Source: an uncultured virus (IMG/VR IMGVR_UViG_3300010429_001166)
Taxonomy: Duplodnaviria > Heunggongvirae > Uroviricota > Caudoviricetes
DNA length: 64,000 nt
Virus record (IMG/VR): IMGVR_UViG_3300010429_001166
Reading direction: 5' to 3' (one strand)
The notes under the pieces are model-generated. The model saw only the letters and a list, made by a program, of their open reading frames with translations. It searched no databases and had not been told where the DNA came from. Position numbers and translations under genes: made by a program. This document shows positions 1 through 9,921 of the stretch, one piece after another. Each line of letters begins with the position of its first letter. The first letter of the stretch is position 1.

Positions 1-509
1 GCGGCGGCGAGCCAGTCACGCATGATTAGCGCGAGGCTCATGTACTGCCCGTTGCGAATCGCCTGCGGGGACTCCGGGCTCTCGCCGCACGGTAGCTTGA
101 GGGCTTCGATCAGGCGCGCAACTCGCAGCACTTCGTCGTTCGGCACCCGCACATACCCGGCCTGCGGCGCAGACAGCGCGCGCAGGCGGTTAATCTCTCG
201 CACAAGGGGCGCAGTAATAGAAACCAACTGGCCGCCTACCGGAGTGTTATCGCATGCCGGACACGCCTTTGCGCCGCGCAGATTAAAAGTGAAGTCATCA
301 CACTGTCGCCACGGCACGCCGCAGTCTTTGCAGATGTGCGTCGGCTCAAGCATCGGATGCTCACTAGCAGGAGCATTGTTATCGTGCGGCGCAGACAGCG
401 AGGCGATAGCTTGCTCGCACGTTTCTGCGTCGTAGGTTTCGCCGCGCGCTTCCAACACGACGGCAAAGCGCCGAAGTCTTGCTATCAACTGCTCGCGCTC
501 GTTGCTCAT
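1..509 (-). CDS. Hypothetical early protein, truncated by the window edge
   Basis: ATG at 509 after AGGAAGGAAGC; begins MSNEREQLIARLRRF and appears to run off the left end. Confidence 0.55.
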   Translation of the reverse strand, partial: MSNEREQLIARLRRFAVVLEARGETYDAETCEQAIASLSAPHDNNAPASEHPMLEPTHICKDCGVPWRQCDDFTFNLRGAKACPACDNTPVGGQLVSITAPLVREINRLRALSAPQAGYVRVPNDEVLRVARLIEALKLPCGESPESPQAIRNGQYMSLALIMRDWLAA

Positions 510-619
510 GCTTCCTTCCTATAAACGCGCTCTGCGAGATTCCAGCCGATGCCCACCATGACCAGCGAATAAAAGATCGCCGGGAAGATAAACAGCCACA
601 GGGGTTGAACGTCACACAT
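506..619 (-). CDS. Small membrane protein
   Basis: MCDVQPLWLFIFPAIFYSLVMVGIGWNL hydrophobic stretch; stop overlaps the next ATG (ATGA). Confidence 0.45.
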   Translation of the reverse strand: MCDVQPLWLFIFPAIFYSLVMVGIGWNLAERVYRKEA

Positions 620-781
620 GCTTTGCCTCCCGCGGCTGACCACGCAGAATTCGAATGGCAGCACGCAGCGTTTCTCGCGCCTCACAGGTGCCGCACATTC
701 GCGTCGGCAAGCACGCGCAACCGAACCCATCAAGGTCGCAGACCTTCTCGACTGCCGCTGCTGCGGCCTTGTAATCGTCGC

Positions 782-1678
782 TCATGCTTCCTCCGAATCA
801 AGGGTGGCGTCGCCTAGCTCTGCGCGGGCGATCTGATACCCGAAATGCACCTGTTCAAGCGCGTCACGCCCGTATTGGTAGCCCTCGGCTTCCTTCTTTG
901 CCCACGCTTCGCGGAATGGTGGCAGCACGCGCTCGCCGGGCGGCTTCTGGCACTCGCTCGCGGCGTACTTCTGCGCGCACGGATGCACAGCATCGTCGGG
1001 GTGACATGTGCAGGACCGCGGCTTCGCTGGCGGGGCGACATAAAGCGGGATGCAGTCGTAGTGCTTCGCCGGGTCATACATATCCGGCATGACGAACAGG
1101 TACAGGCCGTGATCATCCGGTGGCGACACGTATGCGAACGGCTCCACACCAAGCTGCTCGCCGTGATCTGCGAGTGCGGCCTTGTAGCCGCGTGTGAACT
1201 CCGCATCGCCCTGCGGCTTCGTCGCAATCCCTTCGCCATGACATACCGGGCAAGGCTCGAAACCGTAGTCGCGTGCAAGTTGGGCAGAGGACTGCGGCTT
1301 CGCAGAGTAGAGCGGAGTATGTCGCGCGCCATTTGGCTTATCGTGAACACGGGACTCATGTACAAGATAAGGCCAAGTCGCACCTTGCCGCTTCCACTCG
1401 CCACTTGCGACCCATTCCTCTGCGTAGCACACCGGCTCCGCATCGCCCTGCGCGGCAAGCTGTCGTTCCAGCTTTTGTTCGCGGCCCAATACCGTCTTGT
1501 AACTCTTCATCAGAGCGTCGTAGTTCTTGCGGTAGTGCTCTCGGTCAGCAGCAGTCGCTTCATCGATGGCGCGCTGGATGATGGCCTTTGTCCCTGCCAT
1601 TTCATATGGACTGTCCCACCCACAAAGCAGTTTGGTGATTTCCTTTGCTGCCCGTAGCGTTATGTCGTCGTTGGTCAT
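782..1678 (-). CDS. Mosaic hypothetical phage protein (Ead/Eaa-like modular architecture)
   Basis: Start MTNDD after GAAGGAG; repeated QGDAE...P(V/F)AY...PLY segments; CxxC and CTCHP motifs. Confidence 0.65.
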   Translation of the reverse strand: MTNDDITLRAAKEITKLLCGWDSPYEMAGTKAIIQRAIDEATAADREHYRKNYDALMKSYKTVLGREQKLERQLAAQGDAEPVCYAEEWVASGEWKRQGATWPYLVHESRVHDKPNGARHTPLYSAKPQSSAQLARDYGFEPCPVCHGEGIATKPQGDAEFTRGYKAALADHGEQLGVEPFAYVSPPDDHGLYLFVMPDMYDPAKHYDCIPLYVAPPAKPRSCTCHPDDAVHPCAQKYAASECQKPPGERVLPPFREAWAKKEAEGYQYGRDALEQVHFGYQIARAELGDATLDSEEA

Positions 1679-2097
1679 AGCGACTCCTTCCTCGCGCGGA
1701 TGGCGGCGTGATAGGACTCCGCACATGGATGCGTATCCGATTGAAAGTAGTTCGGCCCGTTGTATCCGCACAGGTAGCAAGGCGGGTCGTCAGCGAACCG
1801 CTCAGTGTCAATGCACTCCAGCAGCAGCTTCCGCAGCGCATCCGCCTCTGCTTTCGCGCGGTCGCGTTCCTGCCATGCGTTCATCAGCTCGACGTGATGG
1901 TGCTGTACGCGGCGTTCGTCGTGTGCGCGGGCTTGGTCGGCGCGGACTTTCCACATCATCCACATCATTTCCATCGGGCCGTGCCTATAGTCGCCGTTCG
2001 CGTAGCGGTCTAGTAGTCCGCCGTCGTCGCCAGCAAAGCGACCGCGTACTGCCGCTTCAAACGCCTCGCGTTCGGCCTGCCTGTCCAGCGTTTTCAC
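1675..2097 (-). CDS. Hypothetical protein (EREAFEA N-terminus, CxxC)
   Basis: GTG start overlapping the upstream stop; translational coupling to the next gene. Confidence 0.6.
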   Translation of the reverse strand: MKTLDRQAEREAFEAAVRGRFAGDDGGLLDRYANGDYRHGPMEMMWMMWKVRADQARAHDERRVQHHHVELMNAWQERDRAKAEADALRKLLLECIDTERFADDPPCYLCGYNGPNYFQSDTHPCAESYHAAIRARKESL

Positions 2098-2285
2098 AGC
2101 TTCACCAGATCGTCTGCATCCGTCGCAACCCCGTTGATCGACAGCGGGTTGTAGCGCACGAACACGAAATGATCGTTCTTCGACGTGACGACGCCAACCT
2201 CGCAGTCTGGATGATGGCGGTCGCCGTGGGCGTGGCCGGGGATATAGAGCACGCGGTCGCCGACGTTGAAATCTTCGAGATTCAT
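2094..2285 (-). CDS. Small SH3/KOW-like hypothetical protein
   Basis: FNVGDRVLY...GVV motif; GGGAG RBS. Confidence 0.65.
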   Translation of the reverse strand: MNLEDFNVGDRVLYIPGHAHGDRHHPDCEVGVVTSKNDHFVFVRYNPLSINGVATDADDLVKL

Positions 2286-2924
2286 TTGCGCTCCCGCTTC
2301 GCCGCGCTGTCGATGTCCTGTGCTGCCCGCAGCGGCGTGCCAAGCCCATCGTCGTTACCCGAGCTATCCACAGTGCCGAAGTACACCTTGTAGAAACGCA
2401 TGCTTACCCCCAGAACCAAAAGGCTGCAACAATCAAACCAAGAATGAGCATCGCCAAAGCAACAAGCGACGCGTATCGCGTGTGCCGCCGCACTTCATCG
2501 ATCAGTTGCCTTGGCGTTTGCTCCAGCGCCTGATGCGCTTCCCGCTCGTTACGAACCCGCATGTTTCTTCCCTTTCCTCACCAGCGCGTCGCTCTTGCGA
2601 GAGACGCCGAATTCAAAGTAACAGTCTGCGAACGTGGTGCCCATCTCGGCCAGCATCTGTTTCAGATCGGTGTAGCGCAGGCGCACACGCAACGTACGTA
2701 GTGCTGGTGCGCCTGCCGGGATAGGTAGTGCTAGGTCAAGATCAATGATTGCAACGCGTTCTACCGGGGCGTTGGGCTGCATGGGCCTGTTTGAATCTGC
2801 GTCAGCGTTGTTCCTTCGGACGAACGGTATGTACATACGTAGCCTCTTACAGCAGGGTCGTAGTAGCTACTGATGAGCGTCCAGCAGCAAGATAGGGCGA
2901 CGAGTATCAGGGCCGCGAGTTTCA

Positions 2925-3257
2925 TTACTTCACCCCCTTGTACTTCTTCCACGCCGACACCATGAAGGCAACAAATTCAGCGTCAGTGCCCGCCACTTCT
3001 TCCTTCGGCTTCTTGTTGTACAGACGCTTTGTACGTTCCGGCGTTTCTGCAACGGGGATCGCCTCCAGCGGAATCTCCAACGTCACATTTTGTTCGGCAT
3101 TCTTGTGCTTCTCCCCCTGCCGCTTCGGCCAGTGAACCTCGCCACGCTCATACTTCGCCTTGAACGCCGCCCGCGCTTTCTCACCATTCGCGCGCATCGC
3201 AGCCAACGCTGCTTCCGTAATCACGTGTCCACGCTTGTCTTTGCGAACTTCAGCCAT
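2925..3257 (-). CDS. Basic hypothetical protein
   Basis: MAEVRKDKRG start after GAGGAGA. Confidence 0.55.
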   Translation of the reverse strand: MAEVRKDKRGHVITEAALAAMRANGEKARAAFKAKYERGEVHWPKRQGEKHKNAEQNVTLEIPLEAIPVAETPERTKRLYNKKPKEEVAGTDAEFVAFMVSAWKKYKGVK

Positions 3258-3419
3258 TTGTCTTCTCCTCTTTCGCTTCCAGCATTTCTTCCACTCGCTT
3301 CTCAACGCGAGCGATAACCATGTGTCCTACCTTGCCCTTGATGCCCATGATGCTGTCGTTCTTGCAGGAAGTCAGGCAGGCGCGGATCACTTCCAGTTCT
3401 TCCTTCTCGAAATACACCC

Positions 3420-3674
3420 TCATTCCGTCGCTCCAATCTTGGTGAACGACACCGCGTGCAAGCCACGCACGTACTGCCCCATCAGCTTGCCTGTCTCGAT
3501 ATCGAACACCTCCAGTTGCATGCCCACCTTGCCCCAACGCAGCATCAGCAACGCCCGGTCGTGCGCGTTGCGGCTGTATTTGAAGTTGCGCCCGATGCAC
3601 TGCTTCTTCGCGCGTGCATCCCAGATGCGGAAGGGGCGTACTGAATCTTTGATTTCGCCGTAGCCGTTGTTCAT
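3420..3674 (-). CDS. Hypothetical protein
   Basis: GAGGAGGAG RBS; 84 aa. Confidence 0.65.
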   Translation of the reverse strand: MNNGYGEIKDSVRPFRIWDARAKKQCIGRNFKYSRNAHDRALLMLRWGKVGMQLEVFDIETGKLMGQYVRGLHAVSFTKIGATE

Positions 3675-3683
3675 ATCTCCTCC

Positions 3684-4574
3684 TCAGAACTTGTAGCTGT
3701 CCAGAATCTTCTTCACTTCGCTTGCAACGTGTTGCCGTGCGTCCATGTTCTTGCGCAGTTCGTCCGGTTCTACGCCAAGCAATGCCTGCTCCAGCGTGCG
3801 GCGCGCGTTCTCCAAATCCTGATCGCCCGTCAGGTTCAGTTCCTTCAGCAGATCGCACATTTCCACACCACCCGTCACCAGTGTGTCGTGGAAGCGCCGG
3901 GGCTTCTCTTCGCCCTGCACCGTGTCAACCTGCAGCCGGTCAGCCATGCGGGTCAGGTGTTCATGCAACCGCTCCCACAGCGACCTGTGCGCCGCCGATA
4001 CCCTTTCCTCTGACAACTTCTCCAGCTTCTCGCGCAGTTCCTTCTGGGCCTTGTCCCCGATGTCGATACGGAAGTCACCCGCCTTGGGCACCGGCAGGTA
4101 GCCGAGCGTCCATGCGAACTTGCTGGGCAACTCGTGGACAGAAGGGAAGTCAGCCCGCTTGAACATGTCGCCCAGCGCCATGGCCTGCGCCGTGATCAGC
4201 GTTGGGTAGATGCCCATGAAGGACTGCACCAGCTTGTCGAACTCCAGCCTGCGGTCGCCCATGGACTGCTCAAAGGCGATGAACTTGGACGCAGGCAGCA
4301 GGCGTTGCCCGTTGTCCGACCACGGCATGGTCTGCTCGTACACATAGGTGCGCGTGCTGGTCACGTGCTTCTGGATAATCTCCAGTTCGTTGCGCCCTGC
4401 CAGCAGGTGCTTGTTGACGCGTGCGGCATCCTTCGCCTTGGCATTCTTGTCGTGCACCAGTTCGTCGGTCGCGGAGCGATCCAGCTTGCGCGCAGTCCAC
4501 ACGCTTGCGTTGAACTCCACGATCATGGCGGCGGTATCGATATTCAAACGCGGAGGCAGTTCGTTCATGTTCAT
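3684..4574 (-). CDS. DUF3150-like protein
   Basis: SVWTARKLD...K-L-L...QTMPW...G-RLLP pattern typical of the DUF3150-like genes that accompany AAA/VWA pairs in phages and ICEs (recognised from memory). Confidence 0.7.
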   Translation of the reverse strand: MNMNELPPRLNIDTAAMIVEFNASVWTARKLDRSATDELVHDKNAKAKDAARVNKHLLAGRNELEIIQKHVTSTRTYVYEQTMPWSDNGQRLLPASKFIAFEQSMGDRRLEFDKLVQSFMGIYPTLITAQAMALGDMFKRADFPSVHELPSKFAWTLGYLPVPKAGDFRIDIGDKAQKELREKLEKLSEERVSAAHRSLWERLHEHLTRMADRLQVDTVQGEEKPRRFHDTLVTGGVEMCDLLKELNLTGDQDLENARRTLEQALLGVEPDELRKNMDARQHVASEVKKILDSYKF

Positions 4575-4903
4575 TTCTTCCCCTGACGTTGTGACTTTTT
4601 GAACCATTGAATCAACACTTTTTCAGGTAGCTCCGGGCCTTCGTGATCAAATACATATGGGCCATAGATGTCTCGGTTGTAGCGAGCCCGCATCTCCATT
4701 CCATGCATTGCCCGCGCCAACTGCTTCGCATCCTCGGTCACGAAGTCTTCAATCTTCAGGCCGGGGTTGATTTCCGATATGAGCGGGAAGCTCTCAATCG
4801 GCGTCTTGCAGTTTGTCCAGTCTGCAGTCGCACACGCATCGAGCGTGGCCACGGCTCTACCCTTCTTGATGTCGTACCTAAACAGCGCTACGGTTTTGTA
4901 CAT
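4571..4903 (-). CDS. Hypothetical protein
   Basis: 110-aa ORF coupled to its neighbours. Confidence 0.55.
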   Translation of the reverse strand: MYKTVALFRYDIKKGRAVATLDACATADWTNCKTPIESFPLISEINPGLKIEDFVTEDAKQLARAMHGMEMRARYNRDIYGPYVFDHEGPELPEKVLIQWFKKSQRQGKK

Positions 4904-5156
4904 CCCAATCCCTCGCCATTGCTGCCAGCACGCGGCTCAACTGCGGAAACTCCGCAACGATGACGCCCGCATCACTTGTCGTGAACTCCCGTGTGCCATC
5001 GTCAACCCCTTCGGCTACGCCTTTGATCAGCCCTTCAAGCACACGCCTCGGTTGCGTTTTGCTGTTACCGAAAGAGGTTTTATAGAGTTGCGTGAAGCGC
5101 ACCACCAGATACTCCCGCAACTCCTCGTCAGAGACGTACTTTCTAGGCAGCATCAT
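4878..5156 (-). CDS. Hypothetical protein
   Basis: ORF in the operon, with an RBS. Confidence 0.5.
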   Translation of the reverse strand: MMLPRKYVSDEELREYLVVRFTQLYKTSFGNSKTQPRRVLEGLIKGVAEGVDDGTREFTTSDAGVIVAEFPQLSRVLAAMARDWDVQNRSAV

Positions 5157-5373
5157 CACCACGCCTCTTTAACTCGTCCACGAAAAAGCTTATGCGCGCC
5201 TCTATAGGCACAAATGCGTACGCGTTCAACTGCGGCGCGCCAATCGTGCATTTTGTTCTCCCCTTCAACAACCATTCCGTGTCAATGAACACCCAATGCT
5301 GCAGTGTCGGGGTGTCCACTTTAACGAGTGCTTCTCGATAGCCGCGAACTACAGCCGCTGTTTCCTCATCCAT
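5143..5373 (-). CDS. Hypothetical protein
   Basis: Start overlaps the upstream stop. Confidence 0.5.
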   Translation of the reverse strand: MDEETAAVVRGYREALVKVDTPTLQHWVFIDTEWLLKGRTKCTIGAPQLNAYAFVPIEARISFFVDELKRRGDDAA

Positions 5374-6596
5374 CACGGGTTCAGCGAACTGATGTGCATG
5401 GTCTTGCCGGTCTTGGCATACCAGTCGATATTATCAATCACGCCCCAGAGCACCGGCACTTGCAAGCCACCGGGTTCCGCACCGATGTAGCCATCGGTCA
5501 GGAAGATCACGCACTGCGGCTTGATGTTGTTCTGATTGATGTAGTCCACCGCACACTGCGCATCGGTGCCTCCGCCACCGGCAGGTTTGAGAGCCTGCGC
5601 AATGCTGTCGTACTCATGCGGCATGAACTTCTGCACGCCCGCTACGCGGGTGTCCCACCAGATGAGCGTTACGGATTCCGGTCTTGCGTCCTGTGCGACG
5701 CGCGCAATCTCACCGAACAGCAGTGCGTACAGACCAGCCATGGAGCCTGACGTATCGGCAGCGATCACCAGCGGCCCGACACTCTCGTTGTACAGCGTAG
5801 GGAGCAGAACCCTGCCGCCCGTTGCTGCGAACATCCGGCTGTTGATGCGCGACCAACGCGCCACGTCATTGCCACGCACCACGCTGCACACGAAGTCGCG
5901 CAGATGCTCGCGCCAGTTAGTACGACGCGGTAAAACCGCGCCCAAATCTAGGGCACCACCGGAGCCACTTTTACTACGACGCTTGACGCTCTCGCGCAGC
6001 AGTTCGCCTTGCTGGATCGCCTCCTGAATCTCCTTGTCGAGCTTTTCAAGCGTCTCAGGGTCGAAGTTGCCATCCCGATGCTCGTCCATCGGCTCGCCGC
6101 GCCCTCGTCCACGTCCCTTGCCGCCCCCATCGTCATCGCCATTCTTCAGCAAGTCCATGAAGACCTTGGGGAACGACATGTTGTAATACTTCGGGTCGAT
6201 GATGGGCTTGGGTTCAACCCACCACTCGATGAACTTGCCATCCGGGTCGGCCTGCTGAATCAACCCGTTCACTACGTAGTCCGCTGCACAGTTGGCAATG
6301 TGCCGGTTGTGCTTGAACGCTTCCTTGTACATCGTGCAGTGAAGCAACATCTTGTGGAAGTTCTCGTGCAGTACCACGGCACGGGTCTGCGCCCGGGTCA
6401 GCGGAGCCATGAACCCTTCGCCATACCAGCAGTCGCGCCCATCGGTGCACGCTGTGGGGAACATCGGGTCAATCTCAGCCTTGCCCATCATCATCACGCC
6501 CGAGATAAGCGCGAACTCGGGGTGATTCATGATGTCGAAATGCGCCGCGCTGATGCGCTGCTGCGGCGTCATCACACTCCAGTTGGCGTCTGACAT
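5373..6596 (-). CDS. Putative metallopeptidase with C-terminal VWA domain (DUF2201-like)
   Basis: PTACTDG, HExxH (VLHENFH), N-A-D--VN, MIDAS DTSGS, GGGGT and LTDG motifs. Confidence 0.88.
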   Translation of the reverse strand: MSDANWSVMTPQQRISAAHFDIMNHPEFALISGVMMMGKAEIDPMFPTACTDGRDCWYGEGFMAPLTRAQTRAVVLHENFHKMLLHCTMYKEAFKHNRHIANCAADYVVNGLIQQADPDGKFIEWWVEPKPIIDPKYYNMSFPKVFMDLLKNGDDDGGGKGRGRGRGEPMDEHRDGNFDPETLEKLDKEIQEAIQQGELLRESVKRRSKSGSGGALDLGAVLPRRTNWREHLRDFVCSVVRGNDVARWSRINSRMFAATGGRVLLPTLYNESVGPLVIAADTSGSMAGLYALLFGEIARVAQDARPESVTLIWWDTRVAGVQKFMPHEYDSIAQALKPAGGGGTDAQCAVDYINQNNIKPQCVIFLTDGYIGAEPGGLQVPVLWGVIDNIDWYAKTGKTMHISSLNP

Positions 6597-6626
6597 GTTT
6601 GTTTCCTCTGTGTTGTTCTAGTTATT

Positions 6627-7769
6627 TCACTTGCTGCCAGCGAAGTATATTTGGTGTTCTTTCAAAAGCTTCAGGAAGCGCTCCACCAGCGCGTAATACT
6701 GAATCTTCTGTTCGTGACGCGCGGCGGTGACAAGGAACACGCTCACCATCTCGTCCTTCATGCGCTCAACGTACTGCAGGAACTTGTCCGCTTCGGTGCG
6801 GTTGTCCGTGTCCAGCACCATCTTGAACACCTGCACCACCTGTGCCGTGGGGCTCGTGGGCAGCGGGCAGTTCTTCGGGTCTTGCAGGATGCGCTCCTTG
6901 GTGGGCAACTCACGCCCGAAGCGCACATACGTCTCCAGTTCACGGCCCGTCTCAACGCCCAACGTGCCGCACAGACCCGCTTGAAGAACGTGCGGCGGGA
7001 GCTTGATACCCTCTTTGATCTGATCGCTGGCTGCGTGCAGCGAGCGCGGCGATGCGTACGCCGTCTGTTGCACAGCGGGGTTGAAGATGTACGGATTGTC
7101 CCGCGCCAAATCCTTCTTCTCGTATTTGCCACCCGGTGCGTAGTCGATGAAGCTGTCCAGCACCTTCGGGTACTGCGTCATAAACGCGATGATTTCCGGT
7201 GCCCAGTTGTTGGCCGATGCGTACGCCACCAGTTCTTCCGCATTGGGCTTGCGCATCGTGACCACGATGATGCGATTGCGGGTGTGCGCAGGCATGAAGT
7301 CGCCCAGCCCTTCAACACCCAAGTTCGTCGTACCGAAAATCACGCTGCCTTCCGGAGCTACGAAACTACCCACCCGGTGCTCGTAGAAGAACGGAGCCAG
7401 CGACGCCTGAATGTGCTTCGGTGCCTTCGCCAGTTCGTCCATCATCACCACGACAGGGCGCGAACCATTGATGCCCTTCTGGTTCTTCGCATTGATGCCG
7501 TAGCGTTCGTTCGGCAGGCCGCGCGTGGTGCCACTCTCCATGTCCGGCACCGGGATCACGTGATCGCCAATGTCCAGTTGCGCGCAGTCCACCGGAGTGG
7601 GGAACAGGTGGCTGGCGAACTGCGGCATCGCCTTGAGCGTTGCCAGCAGCGCAGACTTGCCGATGCCGTTCTCGCCCTGCACAAGCACCGTGCGCTTGTG
7701 ACCGACAGCAGCGATGAGGGAAGCAACTTCGGTGTGCGAAAGAAGCGGAGCGCCTTGATAGGTCATCAT
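6627..7769 (-). CDS. MoxR-like AAA+ ATPase
   Basis: Walker A GENGIGKS, Walker B VVMMDE, sensor-1 TTN, arginine finger RNR, SPRS motif; adjacent to the VWA gene. Confidence 0.88.
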   Translation of the reverse strand: MMTYQGAPLLSHTEVASLIAAVGHKRTVLVQGENGIGKSALLATLKAMPQFASHLFPTPVDCAQLDIGDHVIPVPDMESGTTRGLPNERYGINAKNQKGINGSRPVVVMMDELAKAPKHIQASLAPFFYEHRVGSFVAPEGSVIFGTTNLGVEGLGDFMPAHTRNRIIVVTMRKPNAEELVAYASANNWAPEIIAFMTQYPKVLDSFIDYAPGGKYEKKDLARDNPYIFNPAVQQTAYASPRSLHAASDQIKEGIKLPPHVLQAGLCGTLGVETGRELETYVRFGRELPTKERILQDPKNCPLPTSPTAQVVQVFKMVLDTDNRTEADKFLQYVERMKDEMVSVFLVTAARHEQKIQYYALVERFLKLLKEHQIYFAGSK

Positions 7770-7823
7770 TGTTGTACTACTCCTCTGGTGTTGTAAGTGA
7801 CTGGTGTCACTGTGTTTTGGTGG

Positions 7824-7852
7824 AATTTACTTACGTGCAGCGCGAATGTCAA
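7824..7852 (-). promoter_or_regulatory. Sigma70-like promoter for the AAA/VWA operon
   Basis: Minus strand TTGACA-17 nt-TAAATT, about 55 nt upstream of the ATPase start. Confidence 0.7.
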
Positions 7853-8759
7853 GTGCTTCCTGTGCCTCGGCACGGGTGTAGAACCAACTCATTCTGCGGG
7901 GCAGCTTGTCTCCACTCCACATTGGCAACGGGATGCGTCCATTACCCATCAGCGGGCTGTATACGTACTTCGCCAACCAGTCTTGCAGCACATCCTTGCT
8001 CGGCATCACGCCCTGCTTGGTGTAGTAGATATTGGCGAACTGCCCTGCGGCATGCATCAGGCGCGGCCACACGTGGTTGTATACATCCGGATCGTTGCCT
8101 GCTGCGATGTGCGTCAGGAAAAACTTCGGCACGTCGGGGGCGTCGCCGTTCCTGTACATATCTAACCCGCTGCCTAGCTCCACACGCTCCGGTTCGTGTT
8201 GCGTTAGACCCGCGTGCAAGACAAGCGCAAGCGCCTCCATTTTCTCCTGTGCAACCGCACGCCTGCGCCGGTTCTCCTCGACCACTTCCTTGTCGGCGCT
8301 GCGCCGGTAGAACTGCATCACCCATGAGCGCTCGGTGTCGAGCGCGTTGGTGTTCTGGTCGTAAACGAATTGCAAGTGCGCGCACTGTCTTTCGAACTCC
8401 CGGCTGCGTAGCAGCGGCAAGCGCACTGTCCGGTTGTCGAGCGTGTAGAGCGGCTGCCCGTGCCACCAACCCGCGTTGTCGAGGAAGCGCCAGTTGAGCC
8501 TGTGGCTCGTCGGCATGAACAGATCGACAACAAAGCTGCGATCCTTCGCAGGCTCGTGATACTTCACCATGCGGCTGTTGTACAAGAAAAGGGAATACGC
8601 ACCGTCAGAATCTTTTTGTAGTGCGTAGTGTGGCTTGCTCGGCACGTCCAGCGGACGTTGGTTCTCAGACCAACGACGGGGTAGCTTCTTGCTATGAAAG
8701 AACGCGTCTGCTCCAGACCATGAGTACAACCCCTTTACGCTGTTCAAGTTACTGTACAT
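7827..8759 (-). CDS. Hypothetical protein (310 aa)
   Basis: Long ORF after GGAGG RBS. Confidence 0.7.
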   Translation of the reverse strand: MYSNLNSVKGLYSWSGADAFFHSKKLPRRWSENQRPLDVPSKPHYALQKDSDGAYSLFLYNSRMVKYHEPAKDRSFVVDLFMPTSHRLNWRFLDNAGWWHGQPLYTLDNRTVRLPLLRSREFERQCAHLQFVYDQNTNALDTERSWVMQFYRRSADKEVVEENRRRRAVAQEKMEALALVLHAGLTQHEPERVELGSGLDMYRNGDAPDVPKFFLTHIAAGNDPDVYNHVWPRLMHAAGQFANIYYTKQGVMPSKDVLQDWLAKYVYSPLMGNGRIPLPMWSGDKLPRRMSWFYTRAEAQEALDIRAARK

Positions 8760-9005
8760 CTATCCTCCCAAGGCTCTGTTGAGTTGTTGACACACCTGTT
8801 TTGCCACCCGGTACGCAACGGGGTGATCGAACTTCAGCATGACTTCTTCGTACAGGCGCGTGTTGGCGTTGTAGCCAATGAAGCGCTTCGCCTGCTTGCG
8901 CGACAGCGCGAACACCTGTTTCTTGACGACGCCTTCGTTGCTGTTCACGATGCTGTGGAACTCGTAGCGAACGAAGTCTGCGTACTTCCTGCTTTTCTTA
9001 CCCAT
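8760..9005 (-). CDS. Hypothetical protein
   Basis: 81-aa ORF in the operon. Confidence 0.55.
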   Translation of the reverse strand: MGKKSRKYADFVRYEFHSIVNSNEGVVKKQVFALSRKQAKRFIGYNANTRLYEEVMLKFDHPVAYRVAKQVCQQLNRALGG

Positions 9006-9237
9006 AACAACACGTCACCGCGAGCGCGGTGATAACCAGTAAAGCATTCCAGATCGCAAAGCGCAGCGCTCCCAACGGGTCTTCATCCGTTTCCATGTTG
9101 TCTCCGTTGCCAGTTACGGAAGAACTTCTCCAACGCATCAGCCAACTCCCACGCGCCCTTCTTGCGCAGGTTCACCACGCATTCCACTACTGCCTGCTCT
9201 GCGGGCGTGAAAGCCAACAGCGGCAACTGTTGCTGCT

Positions 9238-9513
9238 TCATTCGGATACCCTTTCCTTTTCGTTACGGCGTGTAACGAACGTCCCACGCTGTTCCGCGCG
9301 TTTGAGGATGTGCCTCTCGATGCACAACTCATCGATGATCTTGTGCACTCTGCCATGAACAACGAAGGTGGGTGCAGTCCCGCTAACTACCGCTTGTATG
9401 TCCAACTGTATCCACTTGTGAACGAGCAGCAGAGCCGTGTCAAATGTCGTAGTGCGTTCACAACTGTCGAGCATTTTCCACAAACAGCGCATGCGGTCGC
9501 TTTGTATTGTCAC
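9238..9513 (-). CDS. Hypothetical protein
   Basis: Coupled ORF; contains palindromic site 1. Confidence 0.5.
   Translation of the reverse strand: MTIQSDRMRCLWKMLDSCERTTTFDTALLLVHKWIQLDIQAVVSGTAPTFVVHGRVHKIIDELCIERHILKRAEQRGTFVTRRNEKERVSE
9259..9279. promoter_or_regulatory. Palindromic operator-like site 1
   Basis: TTCGTTAC-GGCGT-GTAACGAA. Confidence 0.7.
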
Positions 9514-9921
9514 TTAGCCCGCCTGTGCGTCTGCGACGCACGCGCCAGCCACCACGCTGCACTCTCCACACTCCAGCCGCGCTCGCGCAAGTATCCGGCT
9601 GCGGAGCGCATCCCCAAGCTCCGACGAATCCGGAGAGCCCTGACCAACTGCATCAAGTTTTTCTTCTTCCTCATGGCATATCTCCAGTATGCGTGCCTCC
9701 CACGCGAACTCACGATGCAACTGCGCAGGGCTCACTTTGTAAAAGATGAACTGCACAGTGGCATCAGTGTCACTCGTCAATGCGCGTGCACTGATGCGCA
9801 ACGCTCCGTAAATTACCTTGTTGATTTTCTCAACTGTTATTGGTGTGGTTTTGGTCAGCAGCCACGCTGCGTAATCATGCAGCGTCTTGCACTCCCTACG
9901 CAGCAGCAGTCTATCGTTCAT
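9514..9921 (-). CDS. Hypothetical protein
   Basis: MNDRLL start overlaps the upstream stop. Confidence 0.45.
   Translation of the reverse strand: MNDRLLLRRECKTLHDYAAWLLTKTTPITVEKINKVIYGALRISARALTSDTDATVQFIFYKVSPAQLHREFAWEARILEICHEEEEKLDAVGQGSPDSSELGDALRSRILARARLECGECSVVAGACVADAQAG

Noticed and set aside
163..400. 16-bp direct repeat TGCGGCGCAGACAGCG
   Set aside because: Encodes a recurring linker (LSAP) in a modular early protein; no independent element evident.
7797..7811. matS-like palindrome (GTGAC-TGGT-GTCAC)
   Set aside because: The spacer is 4 nt rather than 3 and there is a single copy; it may be a local operator but is unsupported.
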